Assembly (NCBI GenBank): GCA_001643675.2
Contig: LSRY02000003.1
Span: 2,170,001-2,234,000 of the forward strand
Reading direction: 5' to 3'
Length of the DNA: 64,000 nt
Source of the DNA: Monocercomonoides exilis PA203
Lineage: Eukaryota > Protista > Preaxostyla
Positions 22,795 to 36,859 of this stretch are shown piece after piece. A program made the position numbers and the translations under genes. The number at the start of each line of letters is the position of its first letter. Position 1 is the stretch's first letter. The notes below the pieces were generated by a model. The model was not told the origin of the DNA. It made no database searches and was given only the letters and a program-made list of their open reading frames with translations.

Positions 22795-24347
22795 CCTCCC
22801 TCTCCATCCACTCAACCATTTTCCTCCTCATTCACAACCCCATCGATGGAGCCATTCTCCCCAACCTCAACATCCCCTCCACTTCTCTCTCTGCCTTCAA
22901 TGTCTCTTTCCTCCATCAAACACGCTCTTCACCAAATGATCCTGTGAAATATAACGGATCTGAATCTCAAAAATTGAAACTAGAAAGAATGTCCTCATTC
23001 AGCCTGAATAGCTATCTCTTTGAGTGGTGCGAATGGAATAATTCAAATAGCGGAAGTGATTGGGGTGGAGCACTTTATGTTTATTGCACAAATGCAAATC
23101 TCACAATCACTTCTTGTTCATTCAATAATTGTTCAAATACAAATCACGGTGGAGCGTTATACAGTTACAGTTTACAGAATGTGAACATCGCTAAATCCAA
23201 TTTCACAAACTGTTCGGCACTACATGGAGGCGCAATTTGTATTGATGGTCAAAAATCATCTTCTGTTTATTCATTCTCAGATAATAGAGTTGAAGGGTGT
23301 AAAATAACGGGCATTTATGGAACTGGTTGGTATTTCTGGATCTATAACATGACCTCAGCAAGTCAATTCCTGCTCACCAAATGCAAGTGCATTTCAAATT
23401 CTGGTGGTGATTCTGCTGGTTCTCTCACATTTCATTACCCTCCACAAAACAAACCGAGTCAATTTTCAATCAATGATTGTCAGTTTAGAAACAACAAATT
23501 GACAAATGCATCTTCTACACGCGGAGGTGCAGCGATGTGTTTTTATCCTCCATATCCTTGGATGAGTGGAGTTAAATTCATCACATTCTGTTTCTTCGAT
23601 GGAAACACCGCTTCTAGTGGCAGGGGAAACGATGTGTTTTTTAATGGAAGTAATATCACTCAATCTCCATTCCAGCAATGCGGCTCAACAACTCCAACAA
23701 AAAGGGTGTATAATAATGGACAAGCAGATAATGCTGAATATAATGGCTGGCTTCCGATCATCAACCAGAACAAAATAGTATCAAATGGTGGAACTGATGC
23801 CGATGCCTGTGGCAAAACACAGCAAAGCTCCTGTGCCACAGTGGAGTATGCTCTCGGATGCGTTGCTCCCTTCAGCGATGCCTCCCTCTCTCTTCTCGTC
23901 TCCACTTTCACTCCCACAAACACTCTCACATTCAATGCAATTGACACAAAAATCACTGGAAATGATGAACTTTTTCTGATTTCTTTATTATTCTTTCCAT
24001 TTTCCATATCAGAGAAATATCCAATTCCTATCATCTTCTTTTCATCAGAAGTTTATTTTTTTCAATCAATTTTTAATCTCCGCTCGTATAAAAACATTTC
24101 TTCTTCTTTTCTTCATCAAATTTCACTTTTTCATCAAATGAAAATTCCGCTTGTTGCTTTAAGGAATCATCCGTTTTCCTCTCTTCTATCATATCAGAAA
24201 GCTCTTCAAAAGCATTTATTTCCTCAGCATTCATATTTCAACATGCTTATATCCGATTCACTCAACTGCCTTTTATTATTGCACTTCAAATATGCCTTTT
24301 CCTCAAAATCGCTTTCTCTCTTTGTTTCATCTTCAATGGCTCATTAA
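22795..24347 (+). pseudogene. Leaderless beta-helix cassette B (family homology 22795-23963)
   Basis: Begins at SIHSTIFL..HNPIDGAILPNLN just after an in-frame TGA, with no ATG or signal peptide. The frame is open to KITGN, then runs into trailer sequence. Confidence 0.75.
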
Positions 24348-25584
24348 AAGTGTATCGCATTGAGAAATCTCTCAAAGATCAACCATATAATAATTTGTTC
24401 CAATAAACATCTTCTGTCTTGCTCTTTCTGTTTTCGGTGAATTCTTTCAGCTTCCAAATTAATAATTCAGATTCAATTTCTATTTTTTATTGTGCACTTT
24501 GTGGTCGGCTTTTCTCGATTCAAAATAACATCACTTCCGTTGACATATAACTTCAGCTGATATTCATTAATTGAATAAGTATTTCTTTGTATCTTTCCAA
24601 ATCGCAACGATAGACGATGTCTGGCATTGAATTCGATGAAAGTTGAAGGAAATGAAAAAAAAAAGCATCGTTTTTGTTGCTCATTGAAGAAGTCGAAGAA
24701 GAAGTTGATTTGAATGAAAAGACGAATTTTTTTCTCATCAGAATAATGAATGAAACATAAAATGATAGCATATTTGGTGAACGGTCGTTGAGAGGAAGAA
24801 AAGTGAATGAAATAATTGTTAGTTCAATTTGTCTGCGCTTCCAATTGCACAGCTTAAATGCAACAGAAGGTCGATGTTCCGATTCAACTCCAAGTTAGTG
24901 AAAATTGCATTGAAGTAGTTGGAGAAGAAGAAAATGGTGAAGTTGAAGATGGCACAACTGGTGGGAAAGGACTAGATGAAGAAAAAGATGAAGAAGAAGA
25001 TAAGATGAATGAGAGATGAACAATCAGTCAAATAATATTTCTGAAGAAGATGATGAAAATGACTTGTTTGATGTTGTCAGTTGGTGAAGTATCGCATTTG
25101 ATAAGTTGATTTCAGAAGGAATATAAAACCCCATTCACAAATAATATTGGACAATTCGCATTTATTTGTCAATGAAAACTGATATTCTCAGTTCATTTGC
25201 AAACTTTGTGTAGTTGCCTCTTCTTTCTCTTCAAAAAAAAATAATGATGTTCATCCATTGACTATGAAAATGCAAACAATATAAATATCTGATGAAGATA
25301 TTGGCAAAGACGATGACGAAGACGAAGAAGAGGCAGAAGAAAAAAAAGAAGGTGATGAAGGAAATAATGAAGAAGGTGAAGAAGAAGACAAAGAAGAAGG
25401 AGAAGAAGTTTTATATGTTGAATATTTCTGTCGTAAAAACAGAAGCTTTCAGATTGCATTTCTCCGAATGAGAATGTTCTCATAAGCTTATTTTGGAATC
25501 CATGGGAAGAAGAAGATGACGATGGGATTATTAAATTAAACAGTATGAGAGAGAGAAAGAAAATGAAAAAGAATACGTAGTCAA

Positions 25585-28235
25585 AGAAGAAGAAGAAGAA
25601 GCAATATTTGACTGAAGAAGATTTTGCGTGTTTTTGGCCATGCGATTCATAACATGCGTGCTTGTCGCTGAATAAGCAAGTGAATTGTGAGAAGGCGAAT
25701 TTTGTGTTTGCAAACCGAGAAATGAGGAAAATGGTCGATTGAATGAAGGAGGATTATCAGAAGACGACGAAGAAGACGAAGAAGAAGATACAGTTGAGAA
25801 ATGCGAAATCAGTCGAACAACATTTATGAAGTTGGGAATAATTTGTGTGAAGTTGTTGATTGGCCAAAATGTCTCATTTGATATGTAAATTTCAGATTGG
25901 TTTGAAAAATTCAATCACAATATTTGTGAAGAATAGATTGTGGAAATCACTCTTGATGTATTTCTTCAAAGTCATTTTCCCTCTTTTTGCGATTTCCTCT
26001 CCATTCCTCTCAAAAATAGAAAATATTAATATTTCTTAATTTCTTTTTCTTTCCATTCCACTTTTCCATTCAGCTTACAAAATCATCAGAAAATATCAAT
26101 CCCTTCCTTTTCTTCATCTTTCCCATTTTCTTCCATAAAATCTTCTCCTCTCATAAAAACATACCCCTCTTTTGATCTAACATTTCGGAATATTCTTCTT
26201 TCAAGCTTTTGCCCTCTTTTCCTTTTTTTCAAAATCCATTTCTCCCATCAACAATAATCACCTTCCTCACCATCTCCAACCACTTCTCTATATTTTTACT
26301 ACATTTTCCTCTACAAATCTCCACCTGCTCTTCCCCACCCCTTTGTCTCAGAATTTCAATCAATCAAAAACCCCTCTCGAAAAATTAACATTACAAAATA
26401 TACTCAACTCCCGCCCTCTCCCACAAATAATCCTCTTCTATCTCTTCTCTGCCCCATATCCCTCATGTGCAAGGTGTTGATGAGATAAACATCAAATATT
26501 TCTTTTGGTGGTTGAGAATATTATTAAAGGAGATGATCATGCCAAAAACAGAAAAAACCCCTTTGGACATCCACCACGATGTGTACGGGCTGAAAAGACC
26601 CTCCAGTGAGATGTACAATGTATTTTGTAGAGATGCATTCTTTGTTGCAATTTGACCATTCTGGTGCTGAAATGGAGAGATTGATTTATTTTTTGAATGA
26701 TGATGGCTGTGGAAATGAGTGTGCTTCGCAAAAAACGAGTGAAGTGCAGTTTGTTCTTTATTTATTTTTCTATATATGAATATTAACCTGTTGAATGTTT
26801 TTGTGTTGTTTTCAGGGCAGGAGGTGGAAATAAATGAAAATGAATGAAATGTTTATAACTCATTGTGCAGGGTGACCACCGAGTTGGGAGAGCGAATTCA
26901 TATGGAAAGTGCCCAGGATGAAGGGATTGGGAAGGGAATTGGAGATGATATTTTCAGACGAGAAAAAGGATTATTTTCAATGATGAAAATGGAATTTGAG
27001 CAGAAAACGTAAATTTCACATTTTTCAGAAGAGCAAGAAATCGCTGCATTTGATGGAGAAACAACTGATGGAAAGGATTATTTGCGAATCAGATGATAAA
27101 ACACTTGAAAAAGGAAGGAATAATGAAATTGAATTGAAGAAAACAGGTGCCAATTGGATAAAATATAGATATTACCAATAAAAAAGTTTGGAAGGTTTGT
27201 TGTTATTATTTATTTTTTTGATGTGATTATTATTTTGTTTTAAGAATGCTAAAAGGATGAGGGATTAGAGGCTTTGAAAAAGAAGAAGAAAAGCAGGGAA
27301 GGAAAAATAAAGACGGACAGATGAATTTCAAGATATTATGAAGATGCCTGGCATTAACCTTTGGCGAAGAATTATTTTTGAGGAAAGATGATTTTTTGTG
27401 AAAGAAGGGGAAGTGAAAGAAGAAAAGATGGAATGAAAAGGGGATTGACGCGTGCTTTGTATTTATTGTTGGAGAGAGAGAGAAAGAGATTGAGCTGAAA
27501 GTGAAAAAGGATTCAGAGATTTCTCCTCTGCAGAAGAAAAAGGAACATAAGAAGAAAATTCGATTGAATTTCTCCGTTGGTATTAATTGACACTCATCTC
27601 TCATTTTTCAACAATTAATCATCTCATTCATTCCATTCGTCATCATGATCTTCTTCCTGTTCTTTAAACACATCAACAACATTTCACACAACTTCTTCTT
27701 CTTTATCGTCATCCACTTCATCTGATTGGATTTCTTCGAATTCTGCGTTGAAATCAGAGATCATGAATGAAATGAAGAAACGGAGAAATTTTGCGGCTGA
27801 AGGAAATAATCTCAAATTAAAATGAGAAGAAGAAGAATGAAAGAAGAGGAGAAAGAGAAAGAGAATGAGAATGAAGAGATTATTTTGAGAGGAGAACTGG
27901 AAAGGAAATGGAATCAAGAAGATTGAAAATATTTTTTGAATGAAAGGAAGAAGATGAACGAATTTCAAATATGAGTTGGAAATAAAATTTGAGAAGAGAA
28001 GGAAGGTTGAACAGCACAAAAGAGATTATTTGGATAAGAAAAGGAAGATGCTTTAGAAGCGAAAAAATTGAAAAGGGAAACAACAAAGAAGACAAATCGA
28101 TGAATTACGGGAGAAATCAAAAGTTATGAAAAGAGAGAGAAAAGAAGGAAAGAGATGAGAGGAGGTGATAGAGAAAGAAAAAATGAGAGATGGAAACAGG
28201 AAAAGCATTTCATCGGAGAATTTGGAAGGAAAAGC
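25585..28235 (-). repeat. Segment X (left): inverted paralogue of 46510-49110; includes a SWR1-derived fragment and degenerate coding-like sequence
   Basis: Collinear reverse-complement similarity, e.g. 26530-26720 vs 47950-48140 and 28000-28140 vs 46560-46710. Confidence 0.85.
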
Positions 28236-29205
28236 TAGAATCGGTCATTTTTATCAGTGTTATCAGCCGTATTGTTGTTCCACACTCTTTGTATTGGGGT
28301 TGTTGATCCACAATTTTCAAATGGAGATTGTGTGATGGAATTACCACTGAAGAACACATCATTCCCCCTGCCATTTTTGGCAGTATTACCATCGAAGAAA
28401 CAGAATGCGATGAATTTTACTCCACTCATCCAAGTGAAGGTGTTTGTGCAGCACAGCCCAGCTCCTCCATAATTTGCAGAAGCAGTCAATTTGTTATTTA
28501 TAAACTGACAATCATTGACTGAAAATTGATTTGGTTTTTCTTTCGGAGGCCAATGAAATGTGAGAGAGCCAGCAGCATCGCCACCGGAATTCGATATACA
28601 TTTGTTGTTTGAAAACAAAAATTTGCAAGTTGATGTCATATTTTCGAGCCAGAAATACCAACCAGTTCCACGCCAATCAGTTATTGAACAACTTTCAGCT
28701 TTGTTTTCCGTGAATGACCAATCAGAATTTGATTGAGGACCCCAAGAAGTGACTGCTCCACCATGAGCAGCTGAACAGCTGGTGAAGTTTGATTTTGCAG
28801 TGTTAATATTCAATAGTTGCCCACAGTATAACGCTCCTGCTTCCCCAGTAGTTGAACAATTGAAAAATGAACAAGAAGTGATTGTGAGATTTGCATTTGT
28901 GCAAGAAACAGAAAGTGCGCCACCATAACTTTCTCCACCAGTTGAATCATTCCATTCGCACAATTCAAATTTATGGCTGTTCTCATCGAATGAAGTCAAT
29001 CTACCTGGTCTCTTTCTATCAGTTTCATATCCAATGTGTTCAACAGGGGCATTTGATGAAGAACGTGTTTGATGAAGAAAAGAAACATTGAAGGCAAAGA
29101 GAGAAGTGGATGGGCTGTTTAGGTTGGGGAGGATGGCACCATCGATGGGGTTGTGGGTGTGGAGGAAGAGGGATGAGTGGATGGAGAGAGAGAAGTTGGA
29201 GGATT
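28235..29205 (-). pseudogene. Leaderless beta-helix cassette C
   Basis: Runs from SIHSSLFLHTHNPIDGAILPNLNSP to RVWNNNTADNTDKNDRF* with an open frame and no leader. Confidence 0.75.
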
Positions 29206-29362
29206 TTGTTTGCAAAAAGATCAACGAAAATGGAAGAAGAAAAAATGATATCAACGAAACACTCCGATTTTTTATTTGTAATTATTCATTTTCGCAAATA
29301 TCAGCCTTCAATCAACTCATCAATTCATTTATCATCATCACCTTCTTCTTCTTCCAATTTTT

Positions 29363-29452
29363 CTCCTTCTCCTTCTCCTTCTCCTTCTCCTTCTCCTTCT
29401 CCTTCTCCTTCTCCTTCTCCTTCTCCTTCTCCTTCTCCTTCTCCTTCTCCTT
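29363..29452 (+). repeat. (CTCCTT)n hexamer microsatellite
   Basis: Read directly from the sequence. Confidence 0.9.
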
Positions 29453-30527
29453 CTTCTTCTTCTTCAATTTTATCATCATTATCATCATTTCAATCTTCTT
29501 TTTCTTTTTCTTTTCTTTTTTTTTCCTTCTTCTTCTCCATCATTATCCTCATCATTATTTTCTTTATCTTCGTCTTCTTCTTCGTTTTCTTTGTTGCATC
29601 ATCATTAGGCATTTGATTCATTTGAATTTTTAACGGTGACAGAACAGCATCATTTTCAGTTTGCGAAGGGAAAGGCAGGGATCTCACAAAAAGGCAATCA
29701 ATTGACTTTGAGTGAATATTAAAAAGTTTATAGGCTTGAAAGTGTCAGTCATAAATATTGCAATTTGGATTATTATCTCCTTGTGAAGTCAACTTGTTAA
29801 ATAAGATGTCATATTCAGTCGACAACGTCATATGGAGCCTTATCATGTTCTTCTTCAAAAAAATCATCTGATTATTCAAAGATTTCTCTGTTTCCATTTT
29901 TATTTTCCTTTTTTTACTATCTTCTTCGCCTTATTCTTCTTATTCGTCAAATTCGTCTTATTCATCGATCTTTGACTGTTTTGCCGCTCCCTCTCGCTTG
30001 ACATTGGGAATGAGCATCCTCATTCGGAAACATTTATGCATTTTCAGTCAGCAGAAATACCGTATGAACCAAAAATTGTTTCATTTGCATTTCCTCCTCT
30101 CGACATATCAATTACTGAATGGTTTATATTTCCATTCATATTATTTGTGGTAAAAAGTCTATTTGGGCCAAAATCAGTCTTTTCATTCTCGTTATGTTCT
30201 TCTTCAACGCCTTCTTCAAGGAACAACAAAAATGTTACAATTTTCTTCTGATGCATCTCCCGTGGAATTCGAAGTCAAACATTGTCATCAATTTTCTATT
30301 CATAATCGCAAAATGAAAATTCATTCTTGTATTGAATTTCAGCCAGGCCTAACACAGCAACGAAATGATTCTATATTTAGCCAAGAAAAGTCTGTCAGAT
30401 GGCGTTAAATAAAAAAGGTGGACTATTTTGCCATATTGGATGTTCTTCTTCAGATTTTAACAATGTTACAAGCCTTCAACATGCGATCAAAGATGAGACG
30501 ATGACGGAAAGCGATTTGGAGGAAAAT

Positions 30528-33140
30528 TCATTTTTGAAAGGAATTTCTATGAAAGAAGAGAATAAATGTCCGACAAGCAATGCAGATTTCATCAAATGCA
30601 CATATGAGATGTTTTCTTCTGTTTTGTGTGCCATCTCCCCAACTTTCTTCGACCTTGTGGTCACTTGCACCAATCCACCGACAAGTCAGCTGATGAAATG
30701 ATTTATGCCTTATGATCTGCACCTTCTTCAGAAGCCCCGTCGCATTGTGCGCACTCTTGTAGGGAGTCTTTGATGTCCAACAATACATTGCTTTGATGCC
30801 AAGATGACCATCCACGCATTCATTGTCAGCTGTATGCCCGTTGAGAAATATAAACAAATCGACATTCCAATCACCGAATGCTTCTGTTCTGTCATGTCCA
30901 ACAACCGAGTTGTCTTTCTGAGTGATGTTTCCCATGAAGATGAACAAGGGTTCCTTCACAGAAGCGACAAATGATTCGCACACAAAATACATATCTCTTC
31001 CGACGCTGGCCTTGTTGGCTGAAAACACGATATTGGTTATGGAAAAGGAGGATTCTGACACTTGTGAGTTTTCATTGAACTCGATCATGAGAGCACCGCC
31101 TCTTCCTCCAGAACTTGTATCCTCGCTCACAGAGCAGCTGGAGAAGGTGGTGTCACTCACTGAAAAGGAGTTGGCAGGGGCAGATGAGGCGAATGAGATG
31201 CACCCGCCATTGGTGGCAGTCTGTTGGCTTTGTGGAGCTGAGTCTATGTTGGTGATGGTGCAGTTGGCGAGGGAGAGGGAGAGGGCAGGGGAGGTGGCAG
31301 AGGAGAGGACACAGCTGGTGGGGGCGGCAGTGGAGATGATGTGGGTGATGTTGGAGGAGTTGAGGGTGAGGGGAGCGGTGAGGGAGGTGAGGTGGAAGAT
31401 GCTCTGGCTGTTGAGGGGGAGACTGGTGATTGCTGTGTGGTTGAGGGCGAGGGAGCCAGCAGTGAGGAAGAAGAGGGGAGTTTTTATTGTTATGGAGGTT
31501 GTTCCGGTGATGGTGGTTGTGTTGAGGTTGAGGGAAGGGGAGTTTTGGGAGAGGTGGAAGAGGATGGGGGTGATTTGGTTTGAGGAGTTGTGGGCAATGG
31601 CGAGGGCAGAGACTGTGAGGGAGCCCTGGGTCTGTTGGAAGAGGGCAGACGAGGCAGATGGATCTGGTGAAGAAGATGCAGATGAAAATGATGAATATGA
31701 TGAATTTGATGATGTTGATTGTGATGACTGTGAATATGAGATTGGTGGTTGGGGAATGCCACTGGAGGCGATGGTGGTGGCAGTTGTGCCATTTCCAGTG
31801 ATTTTTGTATTTGGAGCACGAAATGTGAGAGTCTTTGTGGGAGTGAAAGTGGAGACGAGAAGAGAGAGGGAGGCATCGCTGAAGGGAGCAACGCATCCGA
31901 GAGCATACTCCACTGTGGCACAGGAGCTTTGCTGTGTTTTGCCACAGGCATCGGCATCAGTTCCACCATTTGATACTATTTTGTTCTGGTTGATGATTGG
32001 AAGCCAACTGTTGTATTCAGCGTTTTCAGCTGTTCCATTATTATACACCCTTTTTGTTGGAGTTGTTGAGCCGCATTGCTGGAATGGAGATTGGGTGATA
32101 TCACTTCCGTAAAAGAACACATCGTTTCCCCTTCCATTTATTGCTGTATTGCCATCGAAGAAGCAGAATGTGATGAATTTTACTCCACTCATCCAAGTGA
32201 AGGTGTTTGTGCAGCAAAGCCCAGCTCCTCCCCATAAAGATGATGAATTTGTCAATTTATTATTGATGAATTGGCACTCATTGATTGAAAACTGAGTTGG
32301 TTTATTTTGTGGAGGCCAGTTGAATGTGAGAGAGCCAGCTGCATCACCACCAGAATTTGCGATGCACTTGCATTTGGTGAACAAAAATTGGCAAGTTGAG
32401 GTCATATTTTCGAGCCAGAAATACCAGCCAGTTCCACACCAATCTGTTATTGAACAACTTTCCACTCTGTTTTCCAAAATGTGATATTTAGAATTTGATT
32501 GCGGAGCGTACACTTCAACTGCTCCTCCATGCCTCGCTTGACAGTTCGAAAAATTGGATTTTGCGATACTGATTATCAACAAATGTGCACATAACAAAGC
32601 TCCTCCGTCCCAGCTTTCTGTGGCCGTGCATTTGCTGAATGAGCAAGATGTGATTGTGAGATTTGCATTTGCACGGTCAACATTAAGTGCCCCACCATGA
32701 CCACCTCCGCTATTTGAATTTTCCCATTCGCACCATTCAAATTTATGGCTGTTCTCATCGAATGAAGTCAACCTTCCAGGTTTCACTCTTTGAGTTTCAT
32801 TTCCAACATGTACAACAGGATCATTTGGTAAAGATCGAGTTTGGTGGAGGAAAGAGGCGTTGAAGGCAGAGAGGGAAGTAGAAGGGCTGTTGAGGTTTGG
32901 GAGGATGGAACCATCGATGGGATTGTGAGTGTGGTGGAAGAGGGATGAGTGGATGAAGAGAGATGAATGAAAGGAGAATGAGGGGATAGTATTGGTATTG
33001 GAGTTTGTGGAAGAAGAAGTGGTTGAGGTTGTTGAGGAGGCAGAAACGGATGAGTTGAGTGAGTGAGAGGGAAGAGATGGTTGAAATGGATGGGATTCGG
33101 ATGAGGAGATGATTGAAAAGAGAGTATAGGAAGAGTGAAA
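30528..33140 (-). pseudogene. Leaderless beta-helix copy D, with the only long downstream extension (further GGCI/GGAL coils)
   Basis: Leader homology starts near 33140 after an in-frame TAA, with no ATG. After KITGN the frame continues GTTATTIASSG...NGGCISF...GRGGALMIEF...FSANKASVGRDMYF. It degenerates below ~30750. Confidence 0.75.
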
Positions 33141-35330
33141 AGAGAAATTTTAAAAATTCTTTTGTGTATGTTTATGTAAAAAAAAAAATGAAATTGCTCA
33201 AACTATTTCATTTTTCCTTTGAATTATTCTTTTTGATGAAAAAAAATTGCCTTGTGTTTTCTGCAATGAAAATGAAAATAAAAAAATTATAGAAATGAAT
33301 TTTTGAATCAATAATTAAATTTTCATTTTGTTTCATTTTCACGTTTTCATCAAAAAAACGAAAAGATCGCGTTTTCAAAAGTTATTTATTTCTGAGAAAA
33401 CTGAAAACACAAAATTCAACAAGAAATCGAAATAAACCAATGATATTAAATATTCGTTTTCTGGCTTGAACTCTGGATAACTCGAAATTATTAAACCTTT
33501 TTATTTTTTTTCATTTCTTTTTTTGTGAAAAAAAAACTTCATTTGAATTCAACTGGTGAAAGTGAGTTGGAAAATGACTTAATTATTTCATCCTGAAAAA
33601 TCATTTCATTTTTGATATTTGGTGTGAATATTTCCACTGTTTATCATTTTGCAAAATTATCTTTGATATTCAAGAAAAACACTTCATCTGTGATATTGAT
33701 TGATATTTGAAACTTTGTTTCCTTCATCCTGTCAAATAATACGTTTTCATTTTGATTCGAATTGCAAGCACATGCTTGTGAACAAAACAAAATATATTAA
33801 TGAAGTGTGTGATTTTTTTTTCTTTTCTTTCTTTCTTTTTCTTTTTTCTTTTCTTTTCTTTCTTTCTTTTTTTTTTTTTTTAAAAAAAAAAGGAAATAGA
33901 AAAAACTTAATGAATGGTTCAACAATGAGGAAAACTTTTATTGTTTGAAATTCACATAAAAAAAATATATTTTAATTGGATATTTAATTAATACAGAAGA
34001 TAATAACTTTTTCCAGTGGGAATGTTAACTTCATTCTATTAGATATCTCAAACATTTTTTTTCAATTTTTCAAAAGAAATTTCAATAGAGAATTTCAACT
34101 TTTTTCTTTCAAAATAAAAAAAAGGACAATATTGCAGTGGGATGTCATTATTTGTTTATTTTTCAACCTTTGTTTGAAATATTTGTCACTTCAAACATTC
34201 GCATTTCCAGAATCAATGTCTGAAAAACAATTAAATGATAACACTGAAAGACTGATTATTGTTATGATTTCAAAAATAATCACCCAATATTGAACTGTTG
34301 TTGTCAACAACAGACTACTGTGATAATGGAGATTATCACTCTTCTCATTCAAAATGTGGAAAAGATTTTGGCCTTCACAACGAATCATTTGAAGAAGAAC
34401 AGACAAAAAATTTTTTCAAAAAGCTTCTCACAAGAACAAACATTGTAATAATGATTATTTGTTCCTGTGATCATTTTCGACAAAAAGATGATTCAAAAAA
34501 TGTGATGATAAATTATAATTGAATATTCATGAAATGATAAATGGAATGCAAATAACTATTTTTCTTTTTTTTATTCAGTTGAAAAGAATGATTTGGTGGA
34601 AATATCTTTTTTGATACTCACATATCAATCAAAACATCACTGGATTGTTTCGTCAGAAAATCGAGAATCCATTATTTTTGAGAATGTTTTGTTCTTGGTT
34701 TTTTTTTCAAATGATTCCAATGATACAGAATTGAAAAGTGAATAACCAAAGATTCTATCAGAATCAAAGAAGTTCTTCAATCCCGAAATTAACATTCAGA
34801 ATTTCATTATTTTCAGTCAACAATGACTTTTAAATAAAAATCCTTTTGAATATCAAGTTATTGTCGAACTTGACTTTTGATTCCTTCCAAAATGAAAAAT
34901 TAATAATTGTTTTTAAAAATCAATTTTTCATTTCCTGGTTGCAAAATAATAAATACAAAAACAGTGTCTGAAGTGATATAAATAAAGAAGTACATTCTCA
35001 ATAAAATAGGTATTTTCGATTGAACAAAAGATAATTCAGATAACAATACAAAAGGTATTTTGACTATTGGGTTAAAAATAAATGATTTTCCAATTATTTG
35101 CAGAAATCAAAAGGATATTAATTCTAAAAAGATTTGACAAAAAGTGAAATTTTAAAAAAATGAATATTTTCCATCAATGATATTTCTTTGAAAATAGTTT
35201 GTGAAAAAATAATTGAAAATCTCAACATAAAAATACAAATTAACATTGGTGAAAATATTCATATGAAACAAATTCAAAAATTTTAAATAGATTTTTGAAA
35301 ATTTTCAGTTGTTGTATTCTTTCTCTTTTT
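33140..35330. repeat. D/E divergent spacer: inverted paralogue of the F/G spacer (42990-45400)
   Basis: 33180-33700 mirrors 44840-45345, and 33900-35300 mirrors 43050-44450. Paralogous spurious ORFs occur at 34191-34406(-) and 43927-44142(+). Confidence 0.88.
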
Positions 35331-35340
35331 ATATCTCTAT

Positions 35341-36859
35341 TTCCATCCACTCAACCATCTTCCTCCACACCCACAACCCCATCGATGGTGCCATCCTCCC
35401 CAACCTAAACAGTCCATTCACTTCTCTCTCTGCCTTCAATGCCTCTTTCCTTCATCAAACACGCTCTTCATCCAATGGCCCTATTGTACATGTTGGATCT
35501 GAATCTCAAAGAAAAACACTTGGAAGACTGACTTCTTTTGATCTGAACAGTCATCGCTTTGAATGGTGTGAATGGATTGATTCAACTGGAGGAAATAATA
35601 ATGGTGGTGCTCTTGATGTTTATTGCACAAATGCAAATCTCACAATCACTTCTTGTTCGTTCAACAAATGTACAACCACAGGGAATGGCCAAGGCGGAGC
35701 GTTATTGTGCGCATATTTGCTAAACATAGATATCACAAAATCCAATTTCACAAGTTGTTCTGCTTTACATGGAGGAGCAGCTGCAATATGGTATCCACAA
35801 TCAAATTCTGTTTATTCATTCTCAGAAAACAAAGTTGAAAGTTGCTCAATAACTGATTGGTGTGGAACTGGTTGGTATTTTGGTCTCGATAACATGCCAT
35901 CAGACGCAAAATTCTTGTTCAAAAATTGTACCTGCATTGCAACTACTGGTGGTGATGCAGCTGGTGCAGTCACATTTCATTGGCTTCCACCAGAAAAACC
36001 AAAACAATGCTTGCTCCAAGAGTGCCAGTTCATCAACAACAAAGTCGAAAATCCAACCACCTACGGCGGTGCTGCGCTGTGCTGCACAAGAACATATGAT
36101 TGGATGAGCGGGTTCAAATTCATCTCATTTTGCTTCTTCGATGGCAACACTGCCAAAAATGGCAGAGGAAACGATGTGTTTTTCAATGGCAGTAGCATCA
36201 TCCAATCCCCATTCAATCAATGTGGATCAACAACAGAATCAAAAAGAGTGTGGAATCAAGGAACTGCTGATGATGTTGAGTTCAACAGATGGCTTCCTCT
36301 CATAACAACATTCAAAATCGTGTCAAATAATGGAGCAAACACCGATCTCTGCGGAATCACACAACTCAGTCCATGCAAAACAATAGAATTCGCTCTTGTT
36401 CGCATGACAGATACCCTAGACGCCTCTCTCACACTCCTCACCTCAACATTTGTTCCTCTTCATACACTAACCTTCAGCGTGGTTGATTCAAAAATCACTG
36501 GAAATGATGGACTTTTTGTAATTTCTTTATTATTTATTCCATTTTCCAATTTTCTCCATTTTCTATATCATAGAAAAATACATGAGACTTCATCTTCTTT
36601 TCATTTGAAGTCTATATCATCACTTATTTTTTCATATATCATAAACTCATATCACATAAAAACATTTCTTCGATATTTCCTTTTCGAATTTCTCCTTTTC
36701 ATCAAATGTAAATTCTGCTTGTTTCCTAAAGGAATCATCTCTTTCATCTCTTCAAAATACATTTCTTTAAGCATATCAGCAAGCTCTTCAAAAATTTCAA
36801 TTTCTTTTAATATTCCCATTTCTCCTTTTTTGAGCGCTGCAGACGCACTTATTTCATAG
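35341..36859 (+). pseudogene. Leaderless beta-helix cassette E (family homology 35341-36505)
   Basis: Runs from SIHSTIFLHTHNPIDG to KITGN with an open frame and no ATG or leader. The core is identical to cassette F. Confidence 0.75.
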
